Virus record (IMG/VR): IMGVR_UViG_3300010396_000049
Location: 1 to 61,002 of that record
From: a virus
Lineage: Duplodnaviria > Caudoviricetes
Strand: one strand, 5' to 3'
DNA: 61,002 bases
The notes beneath the pieces are model-generated. The model saw nothing but the letters and a program-made list of their open reading frames with translations, did no database searches and was not told where the DNA came from. Position 1 is the stretch's first letter. The number at the start of each line of letters is the position of its first letter. Positions 8,537 to 17,527 of this stretch are shown piece after piece. Position numbers and translations under genes: made by a program.

Positions 8537-9316
8537 ATGCAAAACGACATCTCATTCTGGAAAAAGTTCATCGAACTTAATTTGAATTATAACATAGATT
8601 ATATGGTTGAAAATTCAATAAAAGATTTCCATTTCAAAGGATTGAACTACATCTGCTTTCAGTTTATGCCACATTTAACTGTGAGGCTTTATGTAATTGA
8701 ACCGTCAGAACCTGTGGACACAAAAAACGTAAACATTCATAATCATTTGTACGATAGTCAAATTTTGGTTTTGACAAGTAGTATTACGAATAATGTTTAT
8801 AAAAAAATAGATGGTGAAGATTACAACCATTACTATTTGACAAGTGCATTATGCCCAACGAATGAAAGTAAAAAAATAAAACTGGATACGCTTGGGAAAT
8901 GCAGCTTAGAGCAAATTAAAAGTATTCAGTTATTTCCAGGCGATTCGCATTTTCAAGACCATACAGAAATTCATAACGTAGAAAACGACACCACAAAATT
9001 GACAGCCTTTATGGTGTTTGAATTTCCAACTGTAAAACACAATTCAATACTATTTAGCAAAAAAGATTACGGGAAAACAATACCAACAGATAATTGCTAT
9101 AATAGATTTTCAGCAACTGAAATTAAAAAACATTGGGAAGAAGTTGAGCCCGGATATTTTGATAGAAACAGAAAATTTATAGACAAAGATGGATGGCTTA
9201 ATGCAAACATGTTCTTTTTTAAAAAACTCACTAAAAAAGGTGAAAAACTTATTGATGTAAAAGATGGCTGTTTTTTACGTCCTAAAACTTTAGGGGTTGT
9301 TTTAAATGGCGCCTAA
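8537..9316 (+). CDS. Cupin-like hypothetical protein (cassette 1 gene)
   Basis: IHNHLYDSQILVL...EIHNV; stop TAA coincides with TAAC of site 1. Confidence 0.55.
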   Translation: MQNDISFWKKFIELNLNYNIDYMVENSIKDFHFKGLNYICFQFMPHLTVRLYVIEPSEPVDTKNVNIHNHLYDSQILVLTSSITNNVYKKIDGEDYNHYYLTSALCPTNESKKIKLDTLGKCSLEQIKSIQLFPGDSHFQDHTEIHNVENDTTKLTAFMVFEFPTVKHNSILFSKKDYGKTIPTDNCYNRFSATEIKKHWEEVEPGYFDRNRKFIDKDGWLNANMFFFKKLTKKGEKLIDVKDGCFLRPKTLGVVLNGA

Positions 9317-9440
9317 CGGACGGGTGTTGCCGATGTACCGGCAATAGCGTTTCGTCAGCTTGGTAAGTTAGATGAAGTTCTTAAATAGTACAACAGTTCA
9401 ATACAATTCCGTCAGCCGGTATATTGGCAACACAATGTTA
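9314..9440 (+). repeat. attC-like cassette site 1
   Basis: TAAC-6nt-GTGTTGCCGATGTACCGGC...GCCGGTATATTGGCAACAC-3nt-GTTA. Confidence 0.85.
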
Positions 9441-9465
9441 CCGGAAGGGCGGCAAATTATAGAAA

Positions 9466-10179
9466 ATGATGAATACAAATAAACCACTTGGCAAAAAGGC
9501 TTACGGCTCAATTCCGCATCTTCCAGGTTCAAGACTTGGACCCGGCGATTATTGCATAAGTGAAGGGCAGGCACGAATAGCAACCGAAAAGCCAAGAGAT
9601 AAGCACGACCTAATAATTGTGCAAGAAAAACTGGACGGTTCAAATGTAGCTATTGCCAAACTGGATGGTAAAATACTTGCCTTAACCAGGGCAGGATATT
9701 TGGCAAATACATCTCCTTTTAAACAGCATCATTTTTTTGCAAAATGGGTAGAAGAAAATAAAGCCAGATTTGTTGCTTTACTGAATGAAAAAGAAAGATT
9801 ATCAGGTGAATGGCTTGCAATGGCGCACGGAACACGTTACGATTTACCACATGAGCCGTTTGTTTGTTTTGATTTAATTACAGGAACCGAAAGAATTATT
9901 TATAAAAACTTTGAAGCAAGAGTAAGGAAACAGGATTTTATTATCCCAAATCTGCTTCACATTGGCGGCAGCTTTTCCATTGAAAGTATGATAAGGGCAA
10001 TTTCAAAAAGTGGACATGGTGCGATTGATGAAGTAGAGGGTGCAATTTGGCGTGTTGAAAGAAAAGAGAAAGTTGATTTTTTATGTAAATATGTTCATCA
10101 TAATAAACAGGATGGAAAATATTTTGAAGAAGTTACAGGTAAAGGTGAGGTTTGGAACTGTGATGTTTCTCGCTGGTAG
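9466..10179 (+). CDS. ATP-dependent RNA ligase-family adenylyltransferase (cassette 2)
   Basis: QEKLDGSN (motif I KxDG), GEW, FVCFD, EGAIWR, CKYV. Confidence 0.82.
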   Translation: MMNTNKPLGKKAYGSIPHLPGSRLGPGDYCISEGQARIATEKPRDKHDLIIVQEKLDGSNVAIAKLDGKILALTRAGYLANTSPFKQHHFFAKWVEENKARFVALLNEKERLSGEWLAMAHGTRYDLPHEPFVCFDLITGTERIIYKNFEARVRKQDFIIPNLLHIGGSFSIESMIRAISKSGHGAIDEVEGAIWRVERKEKVDFLCKYVHHNKQDGKYFEEVTGKGEVWNCDVSRW

Positions 10180-10188
10180 CCTTGCCGG

Positions 10189-10272
10189 TAACGTTGAAGC
10201 ATTGGCGATGGCCGCCAATGCGAACACTGAATAATCACAGACTGTCCGGCGGCTATTGCCAATGCAATGTTA
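10189..10272 (+). repeat. attC-like cassette site 2
   Basis: TAAC-GTTGAA-GCATTGGCGATGGCCGCC...GGCGGCTATTGCCAATGC-AAT-GTTA. Confidence 0.85.
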
Positions 10273-10307
10273 TATGCTGTGTATTTTAATCTTTAAAAAA
10301 TGAAAGA

Positions 10308-10667
10308 ATGGAAGTAAATCAAAGAAACTTAATGGCTGGTAATTACATTGATGTCATGGGAACTTTTCAAATTGTATTAGGTATCGTTTTTCGTGAAGAA
10401 CTCGGTAATTGGTTCATTCAGCACACTGGAAGCGATTCTGAAAATATACCAATACCTTCTGGAATTGAATTTACAGGAAAAGGTATTTATGCGACTAAAG
10501 AATGGAAAAAATGGCTCGGGGTAGAAAAAAGACGTTTCCCGAAACATATAAAGTTTGTGCATGAAATTCAAAACTATTGTCTTTGGCATTTCGGAATTAT
10601 GCTTTCTGAAAATGTAGACTTTGATTTATTGCCTGAAATATGTAACGTTTCGGGGCATAGCATATAA
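10308..10667 (+). CDS. Hypothetical protein (cassette 3), divergent ELRIGN/HQLQN-family member
   Basis: NLMAGNYI...KFVHEIQNY; stop within TAAC of site 3. Confidence 0.6.
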   Translation: MEVNQRNLMAGNYIDVMGTFQIVLGIVFREELGNWFIQHTGSDSENIPIPSGIEFTGKGIYATKEWKKWLGVEKRRFPKHIKFVHEIQNYCLWHFGIMLSENVDFDLLPEICNVSGHSI

Positions 10668-10792
10668 CGTGTTAGGGCTTTGTGCAGTATGGGAAATCAA
10701 GGAACAAAAGTTCAGCTCTTGCACACAGCCAAATTGAAAAACTAAAGTTCAGAATGTGTGCGTCTGCCCATATTGCACAAAACCCCTTGTTA
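10665..10792 (+). repeat. attC-like cassette site 3
   Basis: TAAC-GTGTTA-GGGCTTTGTGCAGTATGGG...CCCATATTGCACAAAACCC-CTT-GTTA. Confidence 0.85.
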
Positions 10793-10850
10793 TCGGTTCG
10801 TGCCGGGCTATTTGAAAAGAATTGTCAAACCAAAAAAGTAAAACTATAAA

Positions 10851-11141
10851 ATGAAAAAATGCTACATAGCCGGGAAGATTGGCGACTTGCCCGAAGCTGA
10901 ATACAAAGCCGCGTTTGAAAAAGCAAAAGAAGAAGTAAAAGCATTGGGCTTTGAGCCTGTAAGCCCTGTTGATTTGCCACATAAGCATGGAAGAAGTTGG
11001 GGCGAATACATGAGGGAGGATTTAACTGAAATGCTTAAATGTGATAGCCTTTATGCTTTAAGAAATTGGCGGCTGTCACCCGGTGCAACGATTGAAATTA
11101 ATACGGCTATGTCTGTCGGATTACACATCATCCATCAATAG
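10851..11141 (+). CDS. DUF4406 / nucleoside deoxyribosyltransferase-like protein (cassette 4)
   Basis: CYIAGKI...F...PVSP...WGEYMREDL..ML.CD...W..SPGATIE. Confidence 0.82.
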   Translation: MKKCYIAGKIGDLPEAEYKAAFEKAKEEVKALGFEPVSPVDLPHKHGRSWGEYMREDLTEMLKCDSLYALRNWRLSPGATIEINTAMSVGLHIIHQ

Positions 11142-11160
11142 GACTGGTAGGCATGACCGA

Positions 11161-11285
11161 TAACGTTTCACGGCTTTCTGATGCGGGGATTCAATGAACG
11201 TCAGCCCACTAACGCACCACAGCCAGTAAACGAACAAATGTTCAGGATTTGCACTTTCGCCACCGTATCAGAAAACCGATTGTTG
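11161..11285 (+). repeat. attC-like cassette site 4
   Basis: TAAC-GTTTCA-CGGCTTTCTGATGCGG...CCGTATCAGAAAACCG-ATT-GTTG. Confidence 0.85.
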
Positions 11286-11334
11286 GCGGTTCGTTTTTTC
11301 CGCTGTGAATTTTAAAGACTATAAAATAAATTAT

Positions 11335-11679
11335 ATGATAAAAGCAAATGAGTTAAGAATTGGGAATTATGTTCAACATGAACCGTACCCGGATGAAAGA
11401 TGGCTGGTTGATATGCGGTTACTTGAATCTATAGACCTCGAATTAGTGGAATGCGTGGGTATTCCTTTAACGACTGAAATATTAGTTAAATGCGGGTTTG
11501 AGTTATTCCCCTGGGGATGGGTAAGCAGAGTAGCAAACAAAAGAAGTGTTCGCATCACAGCGTTTCACTTTTTGTTTGAAAGAGAGGGACAAACGTCTTT
11601 GAAAATAAAATCGTTGCATCAACTTCAAAATTTATATTTCGCTTTAACTGGTGAAGAGTTGGAAGTCTCGTTAAAATGA
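11335..11679 (+). CDS. ELRIGN...HQLQNLYFALTGEEL family phage protein (cassette 5)
   Basis: Terminal motifs shared with 31641-32108. Confidence 0.7.
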   Translation: MIKANELRIGNYVQHEPYPDERWLVDMRLLESIDLELVECVGIPLTTEILVKCGFELFPWGWVSRVANKRSVRITAFHFLFEREGQTSLKIKSLHQLQNLYFALTGEELEVSLK

Positions 11680-11683
11680 CCGC

Positions 11684-11801
11684 CAACGTTGAAGCATTGG
11701 CGTCTGTTGCCGCTTCCTGTTGCTAAATTGAAATACAAATGTTGATTATTTATTCGTCTGCTGAATAGCGAACCTGCGGCAATAGCGCCAATGCAGTGTT
11801 A
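11684..11801 (+). repeat. attC-like cassette site 5
   Basis: CAAC-GTTGAA-GCATTGGCGTCTGTTGCCGC...GCGGCAATAGCGCCAATGC-AGT-GTTA. Confidence 0.85.
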
Positions 11802-11883
11802 CAGGCAGGCGGGCAAAAAAAATAGTTCTTTGAAATTGAAGGGAAAAATATTTTTTTAAAAAAAGTTGAAAAATATTTTGTTG

Positions 11884-11907
11884 GTATCAAAAATGATACT
11901 ATATTTG
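11884..11907 (+). promoter_or_regulatory. Operator palindrome abutting Bacteroidota -7 promoter in cassette 6
   Basis: GTATCA-AAAA-TGATAC immediately before TATATTTG. Confidence 0.65.
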
Positions 11908-11960
11908 TGTAACAAAACAATTAAAGCAGGCGGCAACTGGGTAAATACGGCGAAAAGAAA

Positions 11961-12314
11961 ATGGCACGTCAATTAACTTCAACAGAAAAAAAAGAATTAA
12001 GAAGCTGGGCTAAACACAATAGTCTTAATCTTGATTACAACAAAAAATTAGATTTTGGACACGGATTTTGGCAAGGTGAGGATATTGCTTCATTAAAGGC
12101 GGCTTTATTAGACTTACAAGACGCTTCTGCCCTTAGGCAGAATGCAAGAATTGCCGTTGGTGAAAAATATGTTGCTTATGATGTGGTAGCCCACCTGGGT
12201 AATGAAAACGGTTTAGAATTGATTGGCTATGAAGGCAAAGAGTATTGGATAAATTTCAAAAGCCTTCCTTATGTGAATGGTTATTTGGCAATTCCTAAAT
12301 TACTTTTGAAATAA
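11961..12314 (+). CDS. Hypothetical protein (cassette 6, gene 1)
   Basis: ORF after own promoter. Confidence 0.65.
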   Translation: MARQLTSTEKKELRSWAKHNSLNLDYNKKLDFGHGFWQGEDIASLKAALLDLQDASALRQNARIAVGEKYVAYDVVAHLGNENGLELIGYEGKEYWINFKSLPYVNGYLAIPKLLLK

Positions 12315-12526
12315 TGGACGAAAAAAAATTAAATGAAAGCCGTCAACAAATAGCGGCTTTCATTCAAAATAAACGCAACGAATTAGGCATCTCTCAAGCC
12401 GTATTAGCCGAACAAACCGGAATGGGAATTGCAACAATAAAGCGTTTTGAAAGCGGTAAATATTGGTTAAATATGAAGCAGTATATTTTGCTTCGTGACG
12501 CACTACAACTGCCTACTTCTTTTTAG
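12314..12526 (+). CDS. XRE-family HTH protein (cassette 6, gene 2)
   Basis: KRNELGISQAVLAEQTGMGIATIKRFESG. Confidence 0.88.
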   Translation: MDEKKLNESRQQIAAFIQNKRNELGISQAVLAEQTGMGIATIKRFESGKYWLNMKQYILLRDALQLPTSF

Positions 12527-12629
12527 ATTTTCCCCTCAATTTATTTTATAAAAAATTACAGTGCCTGCAATCGCTGATGGTGGTAGCTTGCCTGTAACGT
12601 ATTCATTAACGAACTTAAACCAATACACA

Positions 12630-12860
12630 ATGTTTTACAGCGAAAATGTGCCGTTGATAGCGGCAAAGCCTGCCCTTGTTGAAGGCAGGTATAAAATCAC
12701 AACCGAACAAAAAGAACGGTTGAAAGAGCTGGAAGAAAAGTTACATATTCCGGCATCGGCTTTAATCCGCATGGCGCTGGATAGTTTTTTGCCAAAAACA
12801 AATAACCAGGGATTTACTGAGAAAGGAATTAAAGCCGGGTACTTAAATGGAAATTATTAA
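12630..12860 (+). CDS. Ribbon-helix-helix-like small DNA-binding protein
   Basis: YKITTEQKERLKEL...PASALIRMALDSFL. Confidence 0.65.
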   Translation: MFYSENVPLIAAKPALVEGRYKITTEQKERLKELEEKLHIPASALIRMALDSFLPKTNNQGFTEKGIKAGYLNGNY

Positions 12861-13119
12861 CCCAAAAATCAATATCATGAAAAAATCAGATTACATTTTA
12901 ATTTCTATCCTAACGGTGCTGGCTATTGCCGGCGTAATTATCAAAGGGTATTTTGGCGGCCTCCTCACCGGCAGCTGCGCGGCTACTTTGCTTTTTGTAA
13001 CTATTGGTAAAATAGCTTACCACAAGGCAAAGAAAAGAATGGACAATTTAAATGAAGCGATCTATCATGCCAACAGCGTGGCGAAGCAAATGGATGATAG
13101 TGAACCCACAAATAAGTAA
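12847..13119 (+). CDS. Small membrane protein
   Basis: Two hydrophobic segments. Confidence 0.6.
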   Translation: MEIINPKINIMKKSDYILISILTVLAIAGVIIKGYFGGLLTGSCAATLLFVTIGKIAYHKAKKRMDNLNEAIYHANSVAKQMDDSEPTNK

Positions 13120-13131
13120 CATTTTAATTTT

Positions 13132-13398
13132 CTACGATTCCGGGTCCTGCAATGCATCAAATTCGTCCTGGAGCGCATCTATCTGGCTTTGCACTTCGGC
13201 AACGGCCTGGGCAAGCAAAAAGCTTTCCATATCAGCCAGCGAAGTAGTGAGCGCTGCGGGTGGCGCCGATGGCTGCGGGCGCTTCTTAAGCACAATTACT
13301 TTTTGTGTGTCCGGCAGCGCCAATTCTGCTTTGATTACATTTAAATAATCGAGCGTTGTTTTAAGGCCAGTTGCCGTGATGAAGGTGGTGTTTAGCAT
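13132..13398 (-). CDS. Hypothetical protein (end of tail operon)
   Basis: ORF co-oriented with tail genes. Confidence 0.55.
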   Translation of the reverse strand: MLNTTFITATGLKTTLDYLNVIKAELALPDTQKVIVLKKRPQPSAPPAALTTSLADMESFLLAQAVAEVQSQIDALQDEFDALQDPES

Positions 13399-13442
13399 TT
13401 TGTTTAATTGTTAATTGTTAATTGATAATTATTAATTGATAT

Positions 13443-15254
13443 TTATAGAACTATTAATTGTACGTCCATCGTTTCTTTCATCGGGATCGTTTTCTCTGTC
13501 AGGTTTAGCAGGTAGAAACAATTTTTTATTTCTAAAAAATTATTATTCTGAATTCCTGCCATCACGCGGCGGTCTATATCGAGTGACGTTTTTACGGTTT
13601 CCTGGTTTTGTTTTATTTGCTGCCAATCGTCATGAAATATTTTTGCAATACCGGTGTCACCGCTCCAGGCCAGGGAGAAAGAATTGATCAATACATTATT
13701 GCTGTCGCGGTTATGGTTCCAGGAAAAAGGCACCAGTACATTGCTGCTGTTATTCCTTCGCCCGGCAAAAAATATTTTGTTGCCAAAATCTGATTTTACC
13801 AATATGCCTTTGTTGTTGATATAAGAGCCCGTCAGCCGCGCGCCTACATAATCTTTTCTTACATACAATTGTGAATCAGGATCCAGTTCTATATAAGTGC
13901 AAAGTGTGCTGATGGTAATATCTACATTGCGGGCGCCAGCGCCGGATACATAAGAATCCAACGCTTCTGCATACGCATCCCATTTAACCGGGCTGGTGGT
14001 AGCATCTGCTACTTCATAATAAATATTTTCTGCAGTTACAAAAACGATATCATCTGTAGTCAGCTGGCGCCCTGGGTTTACGTTTGCCAAATCGTCCCAG
14101 CGCGAAACAGTAGCTACTAAAGTTTTATCCTTTAAATCTTTTACCCAATCGCCCTGGTAATTATCATTTCCCCATTGGTAAGCCAGCGTGTACCCATCAC
14201 CGTTATTAACTGTTTGTTTGTCGCTGGTAAATAATTCTGCTGCAATTCCGTTCAGCGAAAAAATCTTTTTTTCTGTTTTTAAATTCTTCCTGAATTTTAA
14301 TTGCACCAGGTTGCTGCCGCTAAAAACAGGGTACATATTAAAAAAGCTGAAGAGGCCCTTTAAATAATCTATTAGCAGGATATCCGGAACATGGTTCGTA
14401 GGAAAAATGTACCGGTTATAATCATGATGGTCCGGGGAATAATTTTCTATGGCGTAATTATTAAAGGTTGCCAAATCATCAAAATCGGCGCTATCAAAAA
14501 ATTCCCCTGAAACAATATAGCCTTGCTCTTCAAAAACTTTTCGCAGTAAGTATTTTGTTTTAATAAAAGGAATAGTGCGGTAATCAGCATATTCTTCATT
14601 GCCTTCTACTGCAGCGATTGAAGGGTCCTCTTCGGTAGGCCTGCCAAACATCCATGCATCCGGGCCTGCGCCGGTAACCATCACGGTATTCACCGTATCT
14701 TTTGCCAGGAATTCATCATCATAATCAGGGCGCGAAGTATCGAAAAAGCTTTCAATGGCCACGGGCACGAACGTAATATAATTGTACGCCGGGTAACCGC
14801 CTTTCATCAGGCTCTCAGCAAAATGGCGGCTGTCCAGGCCTTCCCAAGATATTTTGCCTCCGAGTGAAAGATCGGTCAGTTTTTTATTTTTTATCTGGCT
14901 TCCGAATAAACCTTTTGTGCCGGTAATAACCGATTGAAAAGTTCCCTTGGTACCTGAGAAATTTCCATTTTTGCCGATGATAGAAAATTGAGCGGCGGTA
15001 AGCTCCGGGTAAAAATCGTCATACACCGCCGCCTTGTAGGCCATACCAGTGTAATTAAAATTTTTAAACCGTTCTGCGTTGCCCAATAACCTGCGGTTAT
15101 GTTCTGTCCATGGCACATCCATCGGCAACGAATATTCACCCAGCGTAAGTTCCTCATCGAAGATATCTGAAAGGGATTCAATGTCCAATTCGGTATTGGG
15201 AAGGAGCTCGAGAAAACCAGATTCTATGGGGCCGTAAATATATATCTGTAGCAA
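13443..15254 (-). CDS. Putative tail tip/baseplate protein
   Basis: 603 aa, downstream of tape measure; GEYSLPMDVPWTEHNRRLLG. Confidence 0.65.
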   Translation of the reverse strand: MLQIYIYGPIESGFLELLPNTELDIESLSDIFDEELTLGEYSLPMDVPWTEHNRRLLGNAERFKNFNYTGMAYKAAVYDDFYPELTAAQFSIIGKNGNFSGTKGTFQSVITGTKGLFGSQIKNKKLTDLSLGGKISWEGLDSRHFAESLMKGGYPAYNYITFVPVAIESFFDTSRPDYDDEFLAKDTVNTVMVTGAGPDAWMFGRPTEEDPSIAAVEGNEEYADYRTIPFIKTKYLLRKVFEEQGYIVSGEFFDSADFDDLATFNNYAIENYSPDHHDYNRYIFPTNHVPDILLIDYLKGLFSFFNMYPVFSGSNLVQLKFRKNLKTEKKIFSLNGIAAELFTSDKQTVNNGDGYTLAYQWGNDNYQGDWVKDLKDKTLVATVSRWDDLANVNPGRQLTTDDIVFVTAENIYYEVADATTSPVKWDAYAEALDSYVSGAGARNVDITISTLCTYIELDPDSQLYVRKDYVGARLTGSYINNKGILVKSDFGNKIFFAGRRNNSSNVLVPFSWNHNRDSNNVLINSFSLAWSGDTGIAKIFHDDWQQIKQNQETVKTSLDIDRRVMAGIQNNNFLEIKNCFYLLNLTEKTIPMKETMDVQLIVL

Positions 15255-15292
15255 ATTTTAATCGTTGATTATTAATTATTAATTGTCAATTA

Positions 15293-17446
15293 TTATGGGT
15301 TTACCGGTACATAGCCTGTGCCTGGCAATACAGTGAATTTTATTATTGCAATCAGGTAAGGAGGATTATTAACTGAGATAAATGTGTTAACTATAAACAT
15401 TTCTGAACCGGTTCCAACTTTTGAATAATTTGAATAATAGTCTGTGCCACTTGTCGTTGTTTTTATTTGTGCTGAAATCGTAATACCAAATGCAGTAATG
15501 TCAACCGGGATAGTACATGCCGGGTCACTAAAGAAACCCCACCAGGCATCTCCGGATGATTGAGTTGAAGTGGTTACTACATTTTTGAAAACCCATTTTA
15601 CATAAATCGCCTGAGGCCCGTCGCCGAAATTGATATACACTTTCGCGGAACTTGCCAGCGCGCCATCCGGGTTTTTAATCCAGTAAGTAAAATTCAATTG
15701 AGTGTTGGTGGCCGGCGTATTATAAACCGTAACAATACCATCTTTATCAATTGCATAGTAGGAACTATCGCCAAACGGCCCCTGGTCTACCCCAGCTTCG
15801 ATATCATCGCCATCGGGGTCATAATCATTAAGCAATACACTGTAAGGCAAAGTGCCCTGGAAGCGGGCAGGCACCGTGAAATAATCATCTACCGCTACAG
15901 GAAGCGTATTGGGGTGCACCGATAAAGTAGTGGTGGTGAAAGCGCCATATTCAACGGGCACTGCGTCCGGGTTGCAAATGCAACGCGCTTTTACGGTGAT
16001 ATCTACATTGCCATCAGTAGCAGGATTCGTGAATGGCTGAATAACCATGCCGGTGTTTCCCTGGTAAGTATAAACGGTAGTAGTACCGCCAATGATTACC
16101 TGCACTTCAATTTGATCATAAGGGTCTTCCAGGCTCCAGATAAACTGCAAAGAAGTAGAATTCAATTGCGAAGGAATAAACTTCTCCACGGCAGGGCAGG
16201 TGCGCGTTTGCGGCATTACCGTGCCCGGGGTGAAAAATGAATTGATAAAAGCGTTTTGCCATTCTATGGATGCGGAAACAAGAGAATCTTTATTAGAATA
16301 AAAAGCCGCTTTGTTGCTGGTGACCACAACAGGAAGAAGCCTTACGCCTGTGCCCTCGCCACCGGTAATGGATTGAACCATGTACCTTTCTTTTGACAGG
16401 AACAAATCGCGAAGCTTCATTAATTGTTCTTTACTCATAAAGCCGGTATCGGCCGTATAATTAAAAGTTTCTTCAGTGGCTTCATCTTTTATTTCTGCAG
16501 AATTAAACCAATCAGGCGGCAACACCCTGCGTGCTTGTTGCCGGTCGTAAGCTGCCGCCAAATCTACCTGGCCAAGAAGGCGCACGGTTTCCATGCCGCC
16601 GGTGCTGGTGCGGTAAACAAGAAAATATTTATCATAAAAATTCCTGTAATCCAGGTTAAAAAAATATTCTTCGACAATGGTATTATCGCCCGCGGTTACT
16701 TTTATAGAATATTTTACGGCTGATTTGCCACTGCTTACCTGCGCCGCCAACCCGGAACGTATAAACCCGGCCGGGGCGCAATTGACAGACCATTTGCCCG
16801 CAGCAACGGTATTTGAATTTACCATAGTAACGGTAGTGCCGTCGCTTAAATAAGCAGTGTAGGTAACGGTTTGGGCTGCATTATCATCTAATGGGTAAAC
16901 CCAAAAAATAAATTTTAAGGCATCCGGGTCCACCAGCTCCCGTGCTGCAGAAAAAAGAAGTGGCATTTTATCTACTGAAACTACCTGGGTAAAAAATTCT
17001 TTGTAATGCCAGGCTTCTTTTGCCAGGCCGCCTTTGATAGCATAATAATAAACCGGAGGAACATACACCTCACCCAGGTCAGGATCGCCGAAAGGGAAAT
17101 AACCTGGTGCAGAAAAAGTAGTTGTTACCTGGTATCTTTTGCGCTGGCCTGCAGCTTCTACTGGCTTTGATAAATCGGTACGCGGCGTATAATAATCGAG
17201 GTAAGGGCCAACGATAGAGGCTACATCAATCGTGAATGTACCATCATCGGCGGGGTATAAAGTTTGCGTATAAGCTTCATTAAAAACACCGGAGCCAAAA
17301 GTATTTTCTATCAGCACACGAACCGTAAGAGTGATATCGCTGGTGCGTTCCTTATTACCATAAGGCGATACCTGCCAGATGAAAGGCATTGGGTTGCCGG
17401 TGAAGGAAACTTCGTAGGGTTGTTTTATGAGTGTTATTGATGGCAT
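15293..17446 (-). CDS. Putative tail protein with Ig/cadherin-like domain
   Basis: PVAVDDYF...SVLLNDYDPDGD; directly after tape measure. Confidence 0.7.
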   Translation of the reverse strand: MPSITLIKQPYEVSFTGNPMPFIWQVSPYGNKERTSDITLTVRVLIENTFGSGVFNEAYTQTLYPADDGTFTIDVASIVGPYLDYYTPRTDLSKPVEAAGQRKRYQVTTTFSAPGYFPFGDPDLGEVYVPPVYYYAIKGGLAKEAWHYKEFFTQVVSVDKMPLLFSAARELVDPDALKFIFWVYPLDDNAAQTVTYTAYLSDGTTVTMVNSNTVAAGKWSVNCAPAGFIRSGLAAQVSSGKSAVKYSIKVTAGDNTIVEEYFFNLDYRNFYDKYFLVYRTSTGGMETVRLLGQVDLAAAYDRQQARRVLPPDWFNSAEIKDEATEETFNYTADTGFMSKEQLMKLRDLFLSKERYMVQSITGGEGTGVRLLPVVVTSNKAAFYSNKDSLVSASIEWQNAFINSFFTPGTVMPQTRTCPAVEKFIPSQLNSTSLQFIWSLEDPYDQIEVQVIIGGTTTVYTYQGNTGMVIQPFTNPATDGNVDITVKARCICNPDAVPVEYGAFTTTTLSVHPNTLPVAVDDYFTVPARFQGTLPYSVLLNDYDPDGDDIEAGVDQGPFGDSSYYAIDKDGIVTVYNTPATNTQLNFTYWIKNPDGALASSAKVYINFGDGPQAIYVKWVFKNVVTTSTQSSGDAWWGFFSDPACTIPVDITAFGITISAQIKTTTSGTDYYSNYSKVGTGSEMFIVNTFISVNNPPYLIAIIKFTVLPGTGYVPVNP

Positions 17447-17457
17447 TTATGGTGGAG

Positions 17458-17527
17458 ATGGTTTAGGTGTTTAGATGTTTAGACAGTTTAGACGGTTTAG
17501 ATGTTTAGACGGTTTAGATGGTTTAGG
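17458..17527 (-). repeat. Degenerate 8-9-mer tandem array (CTAAAC core on sense strand)
   Basis: GTTTAGA(C/T)G repeats filling the intergenic gap. Confidence 0.85.

Noticed and set aside
8400-13130. A complete integron (intI plus attI)
   Set aside because: No tyrosine recombinase ORF was recognised near the array or elsewhere in the genome.
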